From an uncultured Actinomycetota bacterium (GTDB lineage: Bacteria > Actinomycetota > Actinomycetes > Propionibacteriales > Propionibacteriaceae), in assembly GCA_963704225.1 (NCBI GenBank), contig CAVPHL010000002.1, forward strand, positions 113,755 through 177,754: a stretch of 64,000 bases of DNA, in the 5' to 3' direction. Position numbers and translations under genes: made by a program. Under the pieces are notes generated by a model. It was not told the DNA's origin, searched no databases, and saw nothing but the letters and a program-made list of their open reading frames with translations. Positions 30,566-44,757 of this stretch are shown here, piece after piece (within the stretch, counting starts at the first letter, position 1; every line of letters starts with the position of its first letter).

Positions 30566-31189
30566 GTGACTGACCAGACGCCGCTGCTGATCGGCCTCAC
30601 CGGCGGGATCGCGTCCGGCAAGTCGGCGGTGGCCGACCTGCTGGCCGCCGAGGGGGCCGTGGTGATCGACGCCGACCTGCTCGCCCGTGAGGTGGTCGCC
30701 CCGGGCACGCCGGGGCTGGCCGCGGTGGCCGAGCGCTTCGGCGCCGGGGTGCTCGCTGGGGACGGCAGCCTGGACCGGGCGGCGCTCGGCCGGCTGGTGT
30801 TCGCCGACCCGGACGCCCGCCGTGACCTGGAGGCGCTCATCCACCCGCAGGTGCGGGCGCGGGCCGACGAGCTCACCGCGGCGGCACCGGTCGGCGCCGT
30901 GGTGGTGCAGGTGATCCCGCTGCTGGTGGAGACCGGGCAGCAGGGCGCGTTCGACCTGGTCGTGGTCGTGGATGCCGCGCCGGCGGTGCAGGTGGACCGG
31001 ATTCGCGCCCGGGACGGCCTGGACGAGGCCGCCGCGCACAGCCGGATCCGGGCCCAGGCGAGCCGGGAGGCACGGCTGGCCGCCGCCGACTGGGTGATCC
31101 GCAACGACGGCAGCCGGGAGGAGCTTGCCGCCCGGGTGGGACGGTTCTGGCGCGACGGTGTCGAGCCGTTGCGGGCGTCGCGGCGGTAG
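30566..31189 (+). CDS. coaE: Dephospho-CoA kinase
   Basis: IGLTGGIASGKS, IDAD, LDRAALG, IHPQV, IPLLVE. Confidence 0.95.
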   Translation: MTDQTPLLIGLTGGIASGKSAVADLLAAEGAVVIDADLLAREVVAPGTPGLAAVAERFGAGVLAGDGSLDRAALGRLVFADPDARRDLEALIHPQVRARADELTAAAPVGAVVVQVIPLLVETGQQGAFDLVVVVDAAPAVQVDRIRARDGLDEAAAHSRIRAQASREARLAAADWVIRNDGSREELAARVGRFWRDGVEPLRASRR

Positions 31190-31203
31190 CCGGCCACAGG
31201 AGC

Positions 31204-31225
31204 TGTCCGAGGCGAGGCCTATGCT
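31204..31225 (+). promoter_or_regulatory. PafBC/RecA-NDp-type promoter of uvrB
   Basis: TGTCCG-N10-TATGCT, ending 7 nt before the GTG start. Confidence 0.7.
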
Positions 31226-31232
31226 CGTCCCC

Positions 31233-33313
31233 GTGCGACCAGTGACCGATGTGCAGCGCCGGTCGCCCCCTTCCAGGTGGTCGCCGACTTCGAGCCGGCC
31301 GGTGACCAGCCCGCGGCGATCGTCGAGCTCCAGCGGCGGCTCGAGGCGGGCGAGAACGACGTCGTGCTGCTCGGCGCCACGGGCACCGGCAAGACCGCCA
31401 CCATCGCCTGGCTGGCGGAGCGGCTCCAGCGACCGATGCTGGTGATGCAACCCAACAAGACCCTCGCCGCCCAGTTCGCGAACGAGTTGCGGCAGTTCTT
31501 CCCCGACAACGCGGTGGAGTACTTCGTCTCCTATTACGACTACTACCAGCCCGAGGCGTACGTCCCCCAGACCGACACCTACATCGAGAAGGACTCCTCG
31601 CTGAACGAGGAGGTCGAGCGACTGCGGCACTCCGCGACGAACTCCCTGCTCACCCGGCGGGACGTGATCGTGGTGGCGACGGTGTCGGCCATCTACGGAC
31701 TGGGCACGCCGCAGGAGTACGTCGACCGGATGGTCCGGCTCCGCCGCGGGGAGGAGCTCGACCGGGACACGCTGCTGCGCCGACTGGTCGACATCCAGTA
31801 CGTCCGCAACGACCTCGCCGCCACCCGGGGCACGTTCCGCGTCCACGGTGACACCGTCGAGGTGTTCCCGATGTACGAGGAGCACGCCGTCCGGATCGAG
31901 TTCTTCGGCGACGAGATCGAGGCGCTGTCCACCCTGCACCCGCTCACCGGAGAGGTGCTCAGCACCGACCAGGAGGTGTACGTGTTCCCCGCCTCGCACT
32001 ATGTCGCGGGGCCGGCCCGGATGGAGCGGGCGATCGGGGAGATCGAGGCCGAGCTGGCCGTCCGGCTCGCCGAGCTGGAGGCGGGCGGGCACCTGCTGGA
32101 GGCGCAGCGGCTGCGGATGCGCACCGGCTACGACATCGAGATGATGCGCCAGATCGGCACCTGCTCCGGCATCGAGAACTACTCCCGGCACATCGACGGC
32201 CGCGGTGTCGGCTCCGCCCCGAACTGCCTGCTGGACTACTTCCCCGAGGACTTCCTGCTGGTCGTGGACGAGTCCCACGTCACCGTGCCCCAGATCGGCG
32301 GCATGTACGAGGGCGACATCTCCCGCAAGCGCACCCTGGTCGAACACGGTTTCCGGCTGCCGTCGGCGATGGACAACCGGCCGCTGCGCTGGGAGGAGTT
32401 CGTCGAGCGGATCGGCCAGACCGTCTACCTGTCGGCGACCCCGGGCCCCTACGAGCTGGCGAAGTCCGACGGGTACGTGGAGCAGCTGATCCGGCCCACC
32501 GGCCTGGTCGACCCGGAGATCGTGCTGAAGCCGACCCGGGGCCAGATCGACGACCTGATGGGCGAGATGCGAGCCCGGGTCGAGAGCAACGAGCGGGTGC
32601 TGGTGACCACCCTGACCAAGAAGATGGCCGAGGATCTCACCGACTACCTGATGGAGAACGGCATCCGGACCCGCTACCTGCACTCGGAGGTGGACACGCT
32701 GCGGCGGATCGAGCTGCTGCGCGAGCTGCGGATGGGCAGCTACGACGTGCTGGTCGGGATCAACCTGCTGCGGGAGGGTCTCGACCTGCCCGAGGTGAGC
32801 CTGGTCGCGATCCTGGACGCCGACAAGGAGGGCTTCCTGCGCAGTGCGCGGTCGCTGATCCAGACGATCGGGCGGGCCGCCCGCAACGTGGCCGGCCAGG
32901 TGCACATGTACGCCGACCGGATCACCCCGTCGATGGCGGCGGCGATCGACGAGACCACCCGTCGGCGGGCCAAGCAGGTGGCCTACAACCTCGAGCGGGG
33001 GATCGACCCGCAGCCGCTGCGCAAGAAGATCGCCGACCTCACCGATCTGCTGGCCCGGGAGGACGCCGACACCACCGCCCTGGTCGGCCGCGCCGGCGGA
33101 CGGCGCCCGACCAGCCCGGTGCCACTGTCGCGGGAGAAGTCCCGCGATCTCGGCGCGATGCCGTCCAGCGAACTGGCCGAGCTGATCAGCGAGCTGACCG
33201 AGCAGATGCACGCCGCGGCGGCCGAACTCCAGTTCGAGCTTGCCGCGCGGCTGCGGGACGAGATCGCCGACCTGAAGAAGAGCCTGCGCCAGATGCTGGA
33301 GGCCACCCGCTGA
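31233..33313 (+). CDS. uvrB: Excinuclease ABC subunit B (one base missing near 31261)
   Basis: [36 protein letters not shown]-terminal UVR domain. N-terminus [10 protein letters not shown](V)APFQV is restored by adding one G to CGCCGGTC. Confidence 0.96.
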
Positions 33314-33380
33314 CCTGGGGCCGCGCCGCCGGTTCGGGACCGTCTCGCGTCCACCCCGGGCGCGGTGGGAGGATGGCCTG

Positions 33381-34352
33381 GTGTTCGTGACCCCCGAAGC
33401 CTGGCTGATCACCATCGGCCTGGTCACCGTGGTGCTGGCCTTCGACCTGCTGGTGGTGGGGCGGCGGCCCCACGAGCCGTCGATGCGCGAGGCGGGGATC
33501 GCGATCGGGATCTACTCCGGCCTCGCGGTGCTGTTCGGCCTCGGGGTGGGCCTGGTCTACGGGTCGCGCTACGGCGCGGAGTTCTTCGCCGGCTGGCTCA
33601 CCGAGTACAGCCTGAGTATCGACAACCTGTTCATCTTCGTGATCATCATGGCCAACCTCCGGGTGCCCCGGGAGCTGCAGCAGTTCGCCCTGATGGTCGG
33701 CATCGTGCTGGCGCTGGTGTTCCGGGGCGTGTTCATCGCCCTGGGTGCCGCCGCGATCGAGCGGTTCAGCTGGGTCTTCTTCGTCTTCGGCGGGTTCCTG
33801 ATCTACACCGCGGTCCGCCTCTACCTCCACCACCGGCAGCACGAGGAGGAGGAATCGACCGAGAACGCGCTGATGCGGTGGGTGCGCCGGGCGCTGCCCT
33901 CGACCCCGGAGTTCCACGGCACCGCGCTCACGGTGGTCCAGGACGGCCGGCGACTGATCACCCCGATGTTCATCGTCGTGGTCGCCCTCGGCAGCACCGA
34001 CCTGTTGTTCGCCCTGGACTCCATCCCGGCGATCTACGGCCTGACCCAGGTGCCGTACCTGGTGTTCACCGCGAACGTGTTCGCGCTGATGGGCCTGCGC
34101 CAGCTGTACTTCCTGATCGGCGGCCTGCTGCAGCGGCTGGTCTACCTGTCGATCGGGCTGGCGGTCGTCCTGGCCTTCATCGGCGTGAAGCTGGTGCTGC
34201 ACGCCGTGCACGAGTACCACTTCGACGCGCCGCTGGGCTTCGACAGCGAGATCCCCACCTGGGTGTCGCTGGCGTTCATCGTGGTGACCCTCGTCGTGAC
34301 CACCGTGGCCAGCCTCGCCAAGTCCCGACGGGACGCCCGGTCAGGCCAGTAG
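33381..34352 (+). CDS. TerC/Alx-family membrane protein
   Basis: EYSLSIDNLFIF, TDLLFALDSIPAI, ANVFALMGLRQLYF. Confidence 0.92.
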   Translation: MFVTPEAWLITIGLVTVVLAFDLLVVGRRPHEPSMREAGIAIGIYSGLAVLFGLGVGLVYGSRYGAEFFAGWLTEYSLSIDNLFIFVIIMANLRVPRELQQFALMVGIVLALVFRGVFIALGAAAIERFSWVFFVFGGFLIYTAVRLYLHHRQHEEEESTENALMRWVRRALPSTPEFHGTALTVVQDGRRLITPMFIVVVALGSTDLLFALDSIPAIYGLTQVPYLVFTANVFALMGLRQLYFLIGGLLQRLVYLSIGLAVVLAFIGVKLVLHAVHEYHFDAPLGFDSEIPTWVSLAFIVVTLVVTTVASLAKSRRDARSGQ

Positions 34353-35048
34353 CGGCGGCTGCAGGCCGTTCGCGCCCGACACGGCGGACGCGCTCAGCCG
34401 GCCGCTCAACCAGGCCCACAGCCGGGCGTCGCTGGCGCTGATCCGCAGCGGCTCGCCGTCCCGGCCGAGCCCGGCGGCGACGGTGTCGCCCTCGAGCCGT
34501 AGCGCGGGCAGTTCGGTGTCGTCGACCAGGTCAAGAACCCACCGCAGCAGCCACGCGGCGGGGCCGGGGTCGATCGCATCGGCGGTGACGCCACAATCCA
34601 GGTCGAGGGTGTGGACGCACACCTCGTGCAGCCGCGACAGCGGTACCGCGGAGAGCTCGTGGGGCTGTCCGTGCAGGACCACGGGCAGGGTCGGGTCGGT
34701 CACCCGGTCCAGGGACGCCTGGAGCGCGCCGGCGCTGGTGTCGAGATCGATCTGGAGCGCGAGCCCGTCCCGGTCGGCGCCCGATTCCAGGGCGGCCCGG
34801 CGCTGCGCGGCCGACGGGGGAACCGGCGGGGGCAGGTGGTCCACAGCCGCGTCCACCACTGCCCGCAGCAGATCGGCGTTGCGGGCCAGATGGGTGGCCA
34901 CATGGGCACGGGTCCATCCCGGGAGGTGGCTCGGCTCCCGCCAGCTCTCGTCGCCGATGCCGATCGTGTGCCCCAACAGCCGTTGGGTTGCGTCGGCGCC
35001 CCACTGGTGCAGGTCGTCCACCGGGACCGACCCGGTGTGCTGGCTCAT
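34341..35048 (-). CDS. DinB/MDMPI (mycothiol-dependent maleylpyruvate isomerase) family protein
   Basis: PSHLPGWTRAHVATHLARNAD, RLHEVCVHTLDL, WLSGR. ATG 7 nt after a TAGGTT -10. Confidence 0.85.
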   Translation of the reverse strand: MSQHTGSVPVDDLHQWGADATQRLLGHTIGIGDESWREPSHLPGWTRAHVATHLARNADLLRAVVDAAVDHLPPPVPPSAAQRRAALESGADRDGLALQIDLDTSAGALQASLDRVTDPTLPVVLHGQPHELSAVPLSRLHEVCVHTLDLDCGVTADAIDPGPAAWLLRWVLDLVDDTELPALRLEGDTVAAGLGRDGEPLRISASDARLWAWLSGRLSASAVSGANGLQPPLLA

Positions 35049-35102
35049 GCCTCCCAACCTAGGCCCCGTACGGGCCCGGGGGCCACCCGTCCCCGGTGGC
35101 GA

Positions 35103-35124
35103 TGTCGGAGCGACCATCTACCAT
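35103..35124 (+). promoter_or_regulatory. PafBC/RecA-NDp-type promoter of uvrA
   Basis: TGTCGG-N10-TACCAT (exact consensus), ending 7 nt before the GTG start. Confidence 0.78.
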
Positions 35125-35131
35125 GAGCGGC

Positions 35132-38020
<2,889 letters not shown>

Positions 38021-38096
38021 GGGCGGCTGGGCCCGCCGGGGTCGTGGCGTCGAGCAGGGTGCCCGGGGCCGGGCGGCGACTCAGCGGGCGGCAGGG

Positions 38097-38504
38097 TCAG
38101 CCAACGGTGAGGGTGTCCCCGTCCACCGCGACGGTCACCCGGGCCAGACCCTGGGTGGCAGGGCCGGTCAGCACCGAGCCGTCGGCGAGGGAGAAGCTGC
38201 TCCCGTGCCGGCCGCAGACGATCGCGGCGTCGGTGACCTCCTGCACGGGCAGCTTCTGGTGGGTGCACAGGTAGCTGAACGCCTCGAAGGTGCCCTGGGT
38301 GGGCTGGGTGACCACGAACGAGCCGACGATCCTCCCGCCGCCGACGGGGATGTCGGCCATCTTCGCGGTCACGCCGCCGGACGCGCCGGCCGACCCACCG
38401 CCGGCCGGGGTCGCGGCGGCGCAGCCCGCCAGGCAGATGGTGACCGCGGCCAGGCCGGCGGAGTTGAGCACGACCCGGCGACTGGGCAGGGATGGGCTGG
38501 TCAT
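38097..38504 (-). CDS. Small Rieske [2Fe-2S] protein with Tat/lipoprotein signal
   Basis: SRRVVL twin-Arg, LAGC lipobox, CTHQ...CGRHGS Rieske ligands. Confidence 0.88.
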   Translation of the reverse strand: MTSPSLPSRRVVLNSAGLAAVTICLAGCAAATPAGGGSAGASGGVTAKMADIPVGGGRIVGSFVVTQPTQGTFEAFSYLCTHQKLPVQEVTDAAIVCGRHGSSFSLADGSVLTGPATQGLARVTVAVDGDTLTVG

Positions 38505-38557
38505 GGGGGCCTCCTGTGGACGATCCCAAATGGTAGAAGCTCCGATCAACCGTTGTC

Positions 38558-38575
38558 GCTGTGACGCGGCTGTGA
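38558..38575 (-). promoter_or_regulatory. OmpR/PhoB-family direct-repeat box
   Basis: Minus strand TCACAGC-cgcg-TCACAGC, at about -52..-35 relative to a TACCAT -10 (38535-38530) of the Rieske gene. Confidence 0.65.
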
Positions 38576-38588
38576 ATCGCCGCGGTGT

Positions 38589-38610
38589 TGTCCGCGCCGG
38601 TGCCTATGCT
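38589..38610 (+). promoter_or_regulatory. PafBC/RecA-NDp-type promoter of uvrC
   Basis: TGTCCG-N10-TATGCT. Confidence 0.7.
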
Positions 38611-38651
38611 GGCCAGGGTGAGGACGGTGCGACGGCGGAGGGGGCCAGGAC

Positions 38652-40623
38652 ATGGCTGACCCCGCGAGCTACCGTCCGGCAACCGGCACCATCCCCACCG
38701 GGCCGGGCGTCTACCGGTTCAGTGACGTCGAGGGCCGGGTGGTGTACGTCGGCAAGGCGATCAACCTGCGCCAGCGGCTGAACAGCTACTTCGCCGACCC
38801 GGCCGCCCTGCACTTCCGCACCCAGACGATGGTGCGCACCGCGGCGAAGGTCGAGTGGACGCTGGTCCGCAACGAGCTCGAGGCGCTGCAGCTGGAGTAC
38901 ACCTGGATCAAGCAGTTCGAACCGCGATTCAATGTCAAGTATCGCGACGACAAGTCCTATCCCTGGGTCGCCGTGACCTGGGCGGAGGACTTCCCCCGCG
39001 TCTTCGTCGGCCGGGGAGCGAAGCGGCGGGGCAACCGGTACTTCGGCCCCTACGCGCAGGCGTGGGCGATCCGCGACACCGTCGACTCCCTGCTCAAGGC
39101 CTTCCCGATGCGGTCCTGCACCAAGGGGGTGTTCACCTCTGCGGCGGCCTCCGGACGACCCTGCCTGATGGGCTACATCGGCAAGTGCTCCGCACCGTGC
39201 GTGGGCCGGATCGGGGCCGAGGCCCACCGCCTGCTGGTGCAGGACATGTGCGACTTCCTTGCCGGTCGGGCCAGCCCGATCCTGCGTCGACTCGAGGCCG
39301 ACATGGGCATCGCGGCCACCAACCTGGAGTACGAGCGGGCCGCGGTGCTGCGCGACCAGCTCGCCGCCCTGCGCCAGGCCACGGAGCGGAACGCGATCGT
39401 GCTCGGTGACGGCACGGACGTCGACGTGGTCGCCCTCGCCGAGGACCCGCTCGAGGTGGCCGTCCAGGTGTTCCACGTTCGTGATGGACGGGTGCGCGGC
39501 GAGCACGGCTGGGTGGCCGAGCGGAGTGACGACGCGGACACCGGCGAGCTGATCGAGCAGTTCCTGCTGCAGCTCTACGCCGACACCGACACCGCCGCCG
39601 ACCCGGGCGCGGTGCCGCCGCTGGTGCTGCTACCCGAGCTGCCGGCGTCCGCGGAGGTCCTGGGCCAGCTGCTGGGCGAGCTGCGGCAGGGACGCGTCCG
39701 GCTCAAGGTGCCGCGGCGCGGTGACAAGGCGGCCCTGCTGCAGACGGCCGCCCGCAACGCCGCCGACACCCTCGCCCTGCACAAGGTCCGCCGCGCCAGC
39801 GACCTGTCCACCCGCAACCGGGCCCTGGAGGAACTCGCAGGACGCCCTCGACCTGCCCCTGGTGCCGCTGCGGATCGAGTGCTACGACATCTCCCACACC
39901 CAGGGCACCGAGGTGGTCGGCTCGATGGTGGTGTTCGAGGACGGGCTGGCCCGCAAGAGCGAGTACCGGCGGTTCGTGATCCGCACGGTGGCGGGCAGCA
40001 ACGACGTCGGCGCCATGCGCGAGGTGATCACCCGCCGGTTCACCCGGCTCCTCGACGAGCGGGCCCGGGCCGCCGCGGAGGAGGCGGAGTCGGGGCCCCT
40101 GCTGGTCGACCCGACGACCGGGGCGCCCCGCAGGTTCGCCTACCTGCCGTCGCTGGTGGTCGTGGACGGCGGCGCGCCCCAGGTGGCGGCCGCAGAACGG
40201 GCGCTGGCCGATCTCGGGGTCGTGGACGTCGCGTTGTGCGGCCTCGCCAAGCGGTTGGAGGAGGTGTGGCTGCCGGGGGAGGAGTACCCGCTGATCCTGC
40301 CCCGGACGAGCGAGGCGCTCTACCTGCTCCAGCGCGTCCGTGACGAGGCCCACCGGTTCGCGATCACCCATCATCGCAGCCGGCGCAGCGCGTCGATGGT
40401 GGAGTCGTTGCTCGACGACGTGCCTGGCCTGGGGGAGATCCGGCGGAAGGCGCTGCTCACCTACTTCGGCTCGCTGCGCAAACTGCGGGCCGCCTCGGTG
40501 GAGCAGATCGCCGAGGCCCCCGGGATCGGGCCGCGCACCGCGGCGGCGATCAAGGCCGCTCTCGCCGGGCAGGAGGCGCCGGTGGCGATCAACGCCACCA
40601 CCGGCGAGGTCGTCCCGGGCTGA
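38652..40623 (+). CDS. uvrC: Excinuclease ABC subunit C (one extra base near 39837)
   Basis: GIY-YIG (PGVY, YVGKA) and UVR in the first frame; [21 protein letters not shown] and HhH in the second. Junction GAA CTC G CAG GAC. Confidence 0.95.
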
Positions 40624-40648
40624 GCGGCGCTACCGGGATAATGGGCCC

Positions 40649-41518
40649 ATGAACGACCTGCCACCGCCTGTCGACCTGCTGGTGATCACCGGGCTGTCCG
40701 GCGCAGGGCGTCGCACCGCCGGGCACACCCTGGAGGACCTGGACTGGTTCGTGGTCGACAACCTGCCACCGAGCATGCTGCCCGAACTGATCGAGGTCAG
40801 CCGCGAGCGGCAGTTCCGGCGGGTGGCGGTGCTGCTCGACGTGCGCAGCCGGTCGGACTTCCAGCAGATCCCGGCGGCGTTCGCGGCCCTGGGGGAGGTC
40901 GGAGTGGTGCCGCAGATCCTGTTCCTCGACGCCAGTGACGACGTGATCGTGCGTCGGCAGGAGTCCGTCCGCCGCCCGCTGCCCCTGCAGGGGGGCGGCC
41001 GGTTGCTTGACGGGATCCGCAAGGAACGCTCCCTCCTCGCCGGCCTGCGGGCGAACGCCGACATCGTGATCGACACCACCTCGATCAACGTGCACGAACT
41101 CGCCGCCCGGGTCGCGAAGGCCTACGCCGCCCCGGGCGAGACCGAACTCCAGCTCACCCTGATGTCGTTCGGCTTCAAGAACGGCCTCCCGATCGACGCC
41201 GACATGGTGTTCGACGCCCGGTTCCTGCCCAACCCGCACTGGGTTCCGGCGCTCCGCCCGCACACCGGACTCGCCCAGCCGGTCTCGGCCTACGTCCTCG
41301 GGCAGCCCGACGCGGAGCCGTTCCTGGCCCACGTGGTCGACCTGGTCGGTCTGGTTCGTCCCGGCTACGTGCGCGAGGGCAAGAGACACGCCACGGTGGC
41401 CGTCGGCTGCACCGGAGGCAAGCACCGCTCCACCGCCCTGGTGGAGGAACTCGCCCGGCGGCTGTCCGCCCAGGGCCTGCGCACCGAGGTGCTGCACCGC
41501 GACCTGGGCCTGGAGTGA
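40649..41518 (+). CDS. rapZ: RNase adapter RapZ/YvcJ P-loop protein
   Basis: ITGLSGAGR, VDNLP, SFGFK, RFLPNPHW, GCTGGKHRS. Confidence 0.94.
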   Translation: MNDLPPPVDLLVITGLSGAGRRTAGHTLEDLDWFVVDNLPPSMLPELIEVSRERQFRRVAVLLDVRSRSDFQQIPAAFAALGEVGVVPQILFLDASDDVIVRRQESVRRPLPLQGGGRLLDGIRKERSLLAGLRANADIVIDTTSINVHELAARVAKAYAAPGETELQLTLMSFGFKNGLPIDADMVFDARFLPNPHWVPALRPHTGLAQPVSAYVLGQPDAEPFLAHVVDLVGLVRPGYVREGKRHATVAVGCTGGKHRSTALVEELARRLSAQGLRTEVLHRDLGLE

Positions 41519-42468
41519 ACCCCTTCACCCAACCCCCTGCCGTGGTCGCCTTCGGAGGCGGCCACGGCCTCGCCGCCAGCCTCAGCGCCCTGCGGCAGGT
41601 CACCCACCGGCTGACGGCCGTGGTGACCGTGGCCGATGACGGGGGGTCATCGGGGCGGCTGCGGAGGGAGTTCCCGATCCTGCCCCCCGGCGACCTGCGG
41701 ATGGCCCTGGCCGCCCTCTGCGGCGACGACGAGGTGGGCCGGGCGTGGGCGGCAGTGCTGCAGTCCCGCTTCGCCGGTGACGGGCCGCTGGGTGGCCACA
41801 GCATCGGCAACCTGCTGATCGCCGGCCTGTGGCAACAACTGGAGGACCCGGTCGCCGGGCTGGACATGGTGGCCGCGATGCTGCACGTCGAGGGCCGGGT
41901 GCTGCCGATGGCCGCCGTACCGCTGGTGATCGAGGCCGACGTGGTCGGCGCCGACCCGGCCGAACCGGACGAGACCACCCTCGTGGTCGGCCAGGAGGAG
42001 GTCGCGCTGGCGTCGGGCGAGATCGTCAACGTCCGGCTGGTGCCGGCCGACCCGCCGGCGGTCCAGGAGGCGCGGGCGGCGATCGGGGCGGCCGACTATC
42101 TCGTGCTCGGGCCGGGATCGTGGTACTCCTCGGTGATCCCGCACCTGCTCGTGCCCGAACTGCTGCAGGCGATCAGGAGCTCCCGCGCCCAGCGCATCCT
42201 CACCCTCAACCTGGTGCCGACCACGGACGAGACCCCCGCCTACACCGCGTCCCGGCACATCGAGGTGCTCGCCGAGCACGCGCCCGGCCTGCGGCTGGAC
42301 GTGGTGGTGGCCGACCCGTCGTTCGCGGCCGGCGACCCCCACCTGGCCGCCTACGTGGCCTCGATCGGCGCCCGGCTGGTGGTGGCGCCGGTGCGGATGC
42401 GGGACGGCTCCCCGCGCCACGATCCCCTTCTGCTGGCCTCGGTGTATGCCGGGATCATGGGTCTGTAG
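41515..42468 (+). CDS. yvcK: YvcK/GlmR/CuvA UDP-GlcNAc-binding protein
   Basis: GGGHGL, VADDGGSSGRLR, PPGDLR, LGPGSWYSSV. Confidence 0.93.
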   Translation: MNPFTQPPAVVAFGGGHGLAASLSALRQVTHRLTAVVTVADDGGSSGRLRREFPILPPGDLRMALAALCGDDEVGRAWAAVLQSRFAGDGPLGGHSIGNLLIAGLWQQLEDPVAGLDMVAAMLHVEGRVLPMAAVPLVIEADVVGADPAEPDETTLVVGQEEVALASGEIVNVRLVPADPPAVQEARAAIGAADYLVLGPGSWYSSVIPHLLVPELLQAIRSSRAQRILTLNLVPTTDETPAYTASRHIEVLAEHAPGLRLDVVVADPSFAAGDPHLAAYVASIGARLVVAPVRMRDGSPRHDPLLLASVYAGIMGL

Positions 42469-42515
42469 GCTAAGCCCACCCCACGATCCCCGGCGGAAGG
42501 CAGCACAGCACCACC

Positions 42516-43502
42516 ATGGCGATGACCCAGCAGGTCAAGTCCGAGCTGGCCACCCTCGAAGTGACCAAGCCGGAGCTGCGCAAGGCCGAGGTCGCCGCGC
42601 TGCTGCGGTTCGCCAACGGCCTGCACATTGCCGGGGGGCGGATCGTGGTGGAGGCAGAGCTCGACACCGGAGCGGCCGCGCGCCGGCTGCGGACCGCGAT
42701 CGCCGACCTCTTCGGCTTCACCTGCGAGTTCGTGGTGATCACCGGCAGCGGGCTGCGCCGCGGTACCCGCTACGTGGTCCGGCTGATCCGTGACGGGGAG
42801 TCGCTGGCCCGACAGACCGGACTGATCGACCAGCGTGGCCGTCCGGTCCGGGGACTGCCGGTGCAGATCGTCAGCGGTGGCCTGGAGGTTTCGGTCGCCG
42901 CGTGGCGGGGCGCCTTCCTGGCGCACGGTTCCCTGACCGAGCCGGGCCGGTCGATGGCGATGGAGGTCACCTGTCCCGGTTCGGAGGCCGCGCTGGCCCT
43001 GGTCGGTGCGGCCCGCAGGCTGGGTATCGGTGCCAAGGCCCGCGAGGTCCGTGGGGTCGACCGCGTGGTCATCCGGGACGGGGACGCGATCGCGGCCATG
43101 CTCACCCGGCTCGGTGCGCACGAGTCGGTGCTGGCCTGGGAGGACCGCCGGATGCGGCGGGAGGTGCGGGCGTCGGCGAACCGCCTGGCCAATTTCGACG
43201 ACGCCAACCTGCGCCGCTCGGCCCGGGCGGCGGTGGCGGCGGGCGCACGGGTGAAAAGGGCGCTGGAGATCCTCGGCGAAGACATCCCCGAGCACCTGCT
43301 CGAGGCAGGCAGGCTGCGCCTGGACCACAAGCAGGCAAGCCTGGAGGAACTCGGCCAGCTGCACGTCCCCCCGCTCACCAAGGACGCCGTGGCGGGCCGG
43401 ATCCGCCGGCTCCTGGCGACCGCCGACAAGCGCGCCACAGACCTGGGAGTCCCCAACACCGAGGCCGGCCTGAGCCAGGACATGCTGGACGACCGGGATT
43501 GA
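42516..43502 (+). CDS. whiA: Cell division transcription factor WhiA
   Basis: [51 protein letters not shown]. Confidence 0.96.
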   Translation: MAMTQQVKSELATLEVTKPELRKAEVAALLRFANGLHIAGGRIVVEAELDTGAAARRLRTAIADLFGFTCEFVVITGSGLRRGTRYVVRLIRDGESLARQTGLIDQRGRPVRGLPVQIVSGGLEVSVAAWRGAFLAHGSLTEPGRSMAMEVTCPGSEAALALVGAARRLGIGAKAREVRGVDRVVIRDGDAIAAMLTRLGAHESVLAWEDRRMRREVRASANRLANFDDANLRRSARAAVAAGARVKRALEILGEDIPEHLLEAGRLRLDHKQASLEELGQLHVPPLTKDAVAGRIRRLLATADKRATDLGVPNTEAGLSQDMLDDRD

Positions 43503-43569
43503 AACGTCCCATTTCAGGCGCGGGCGGCAGGACGCCGGCGGGGTGGTCCGGATCTCCGAACCCGGGTGA

Positions 43570-44667
<1,098 letters not shown>

Positions 44668-44687
44668 CCTGACCCACACAAAGGCAT

Positions 44688-44722
44688 CGGGCCGGCTCGC
44701 GTGTTGCACGCGAGTCGGCCCG
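44688..44722 (+). terminator. Stable hairpin between gap and pgk
   Basis: CGGGCCGGCTCGCGTG-TTG-CACGCGAGTCGGCCCG. May be a partial terminator or an mRNA-stabilising stem. Confidence 0.65.
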
Positions 44723-44757
44723 TTCCATGACATCGGACGACAGAAAGGTCGAGTGAA

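Noticed and set aside
33314-33380. yybP-ykoY Mn2+ riboswitch upstream of terC
   Set aside because: The spacer is only 67 bp and I cannot see the four-way junction.
29747-33427. 1226-aa antisense ORF and similar long ORFs (e.g. 53591-56971, 43654-46155, 25175-27085)
   Set aside because: Shadow ORFs opposite real genes, expected from high-GC codon bias. They show no recognisable motifs.
34341-34352. 12-bp convergent overlap of terC and the MDMPI-like gene as antisense regulation
   Set aside because: Short 3' overlaps are common in compact GC-rich genomes and nothing else supports a function.
39830-39845. Programmed ribosomal frameshift or split uvrC
   Set aside because: No slippery heptamer or stimulatory structure is evident. 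A single extra base explains it, as at three other sites.
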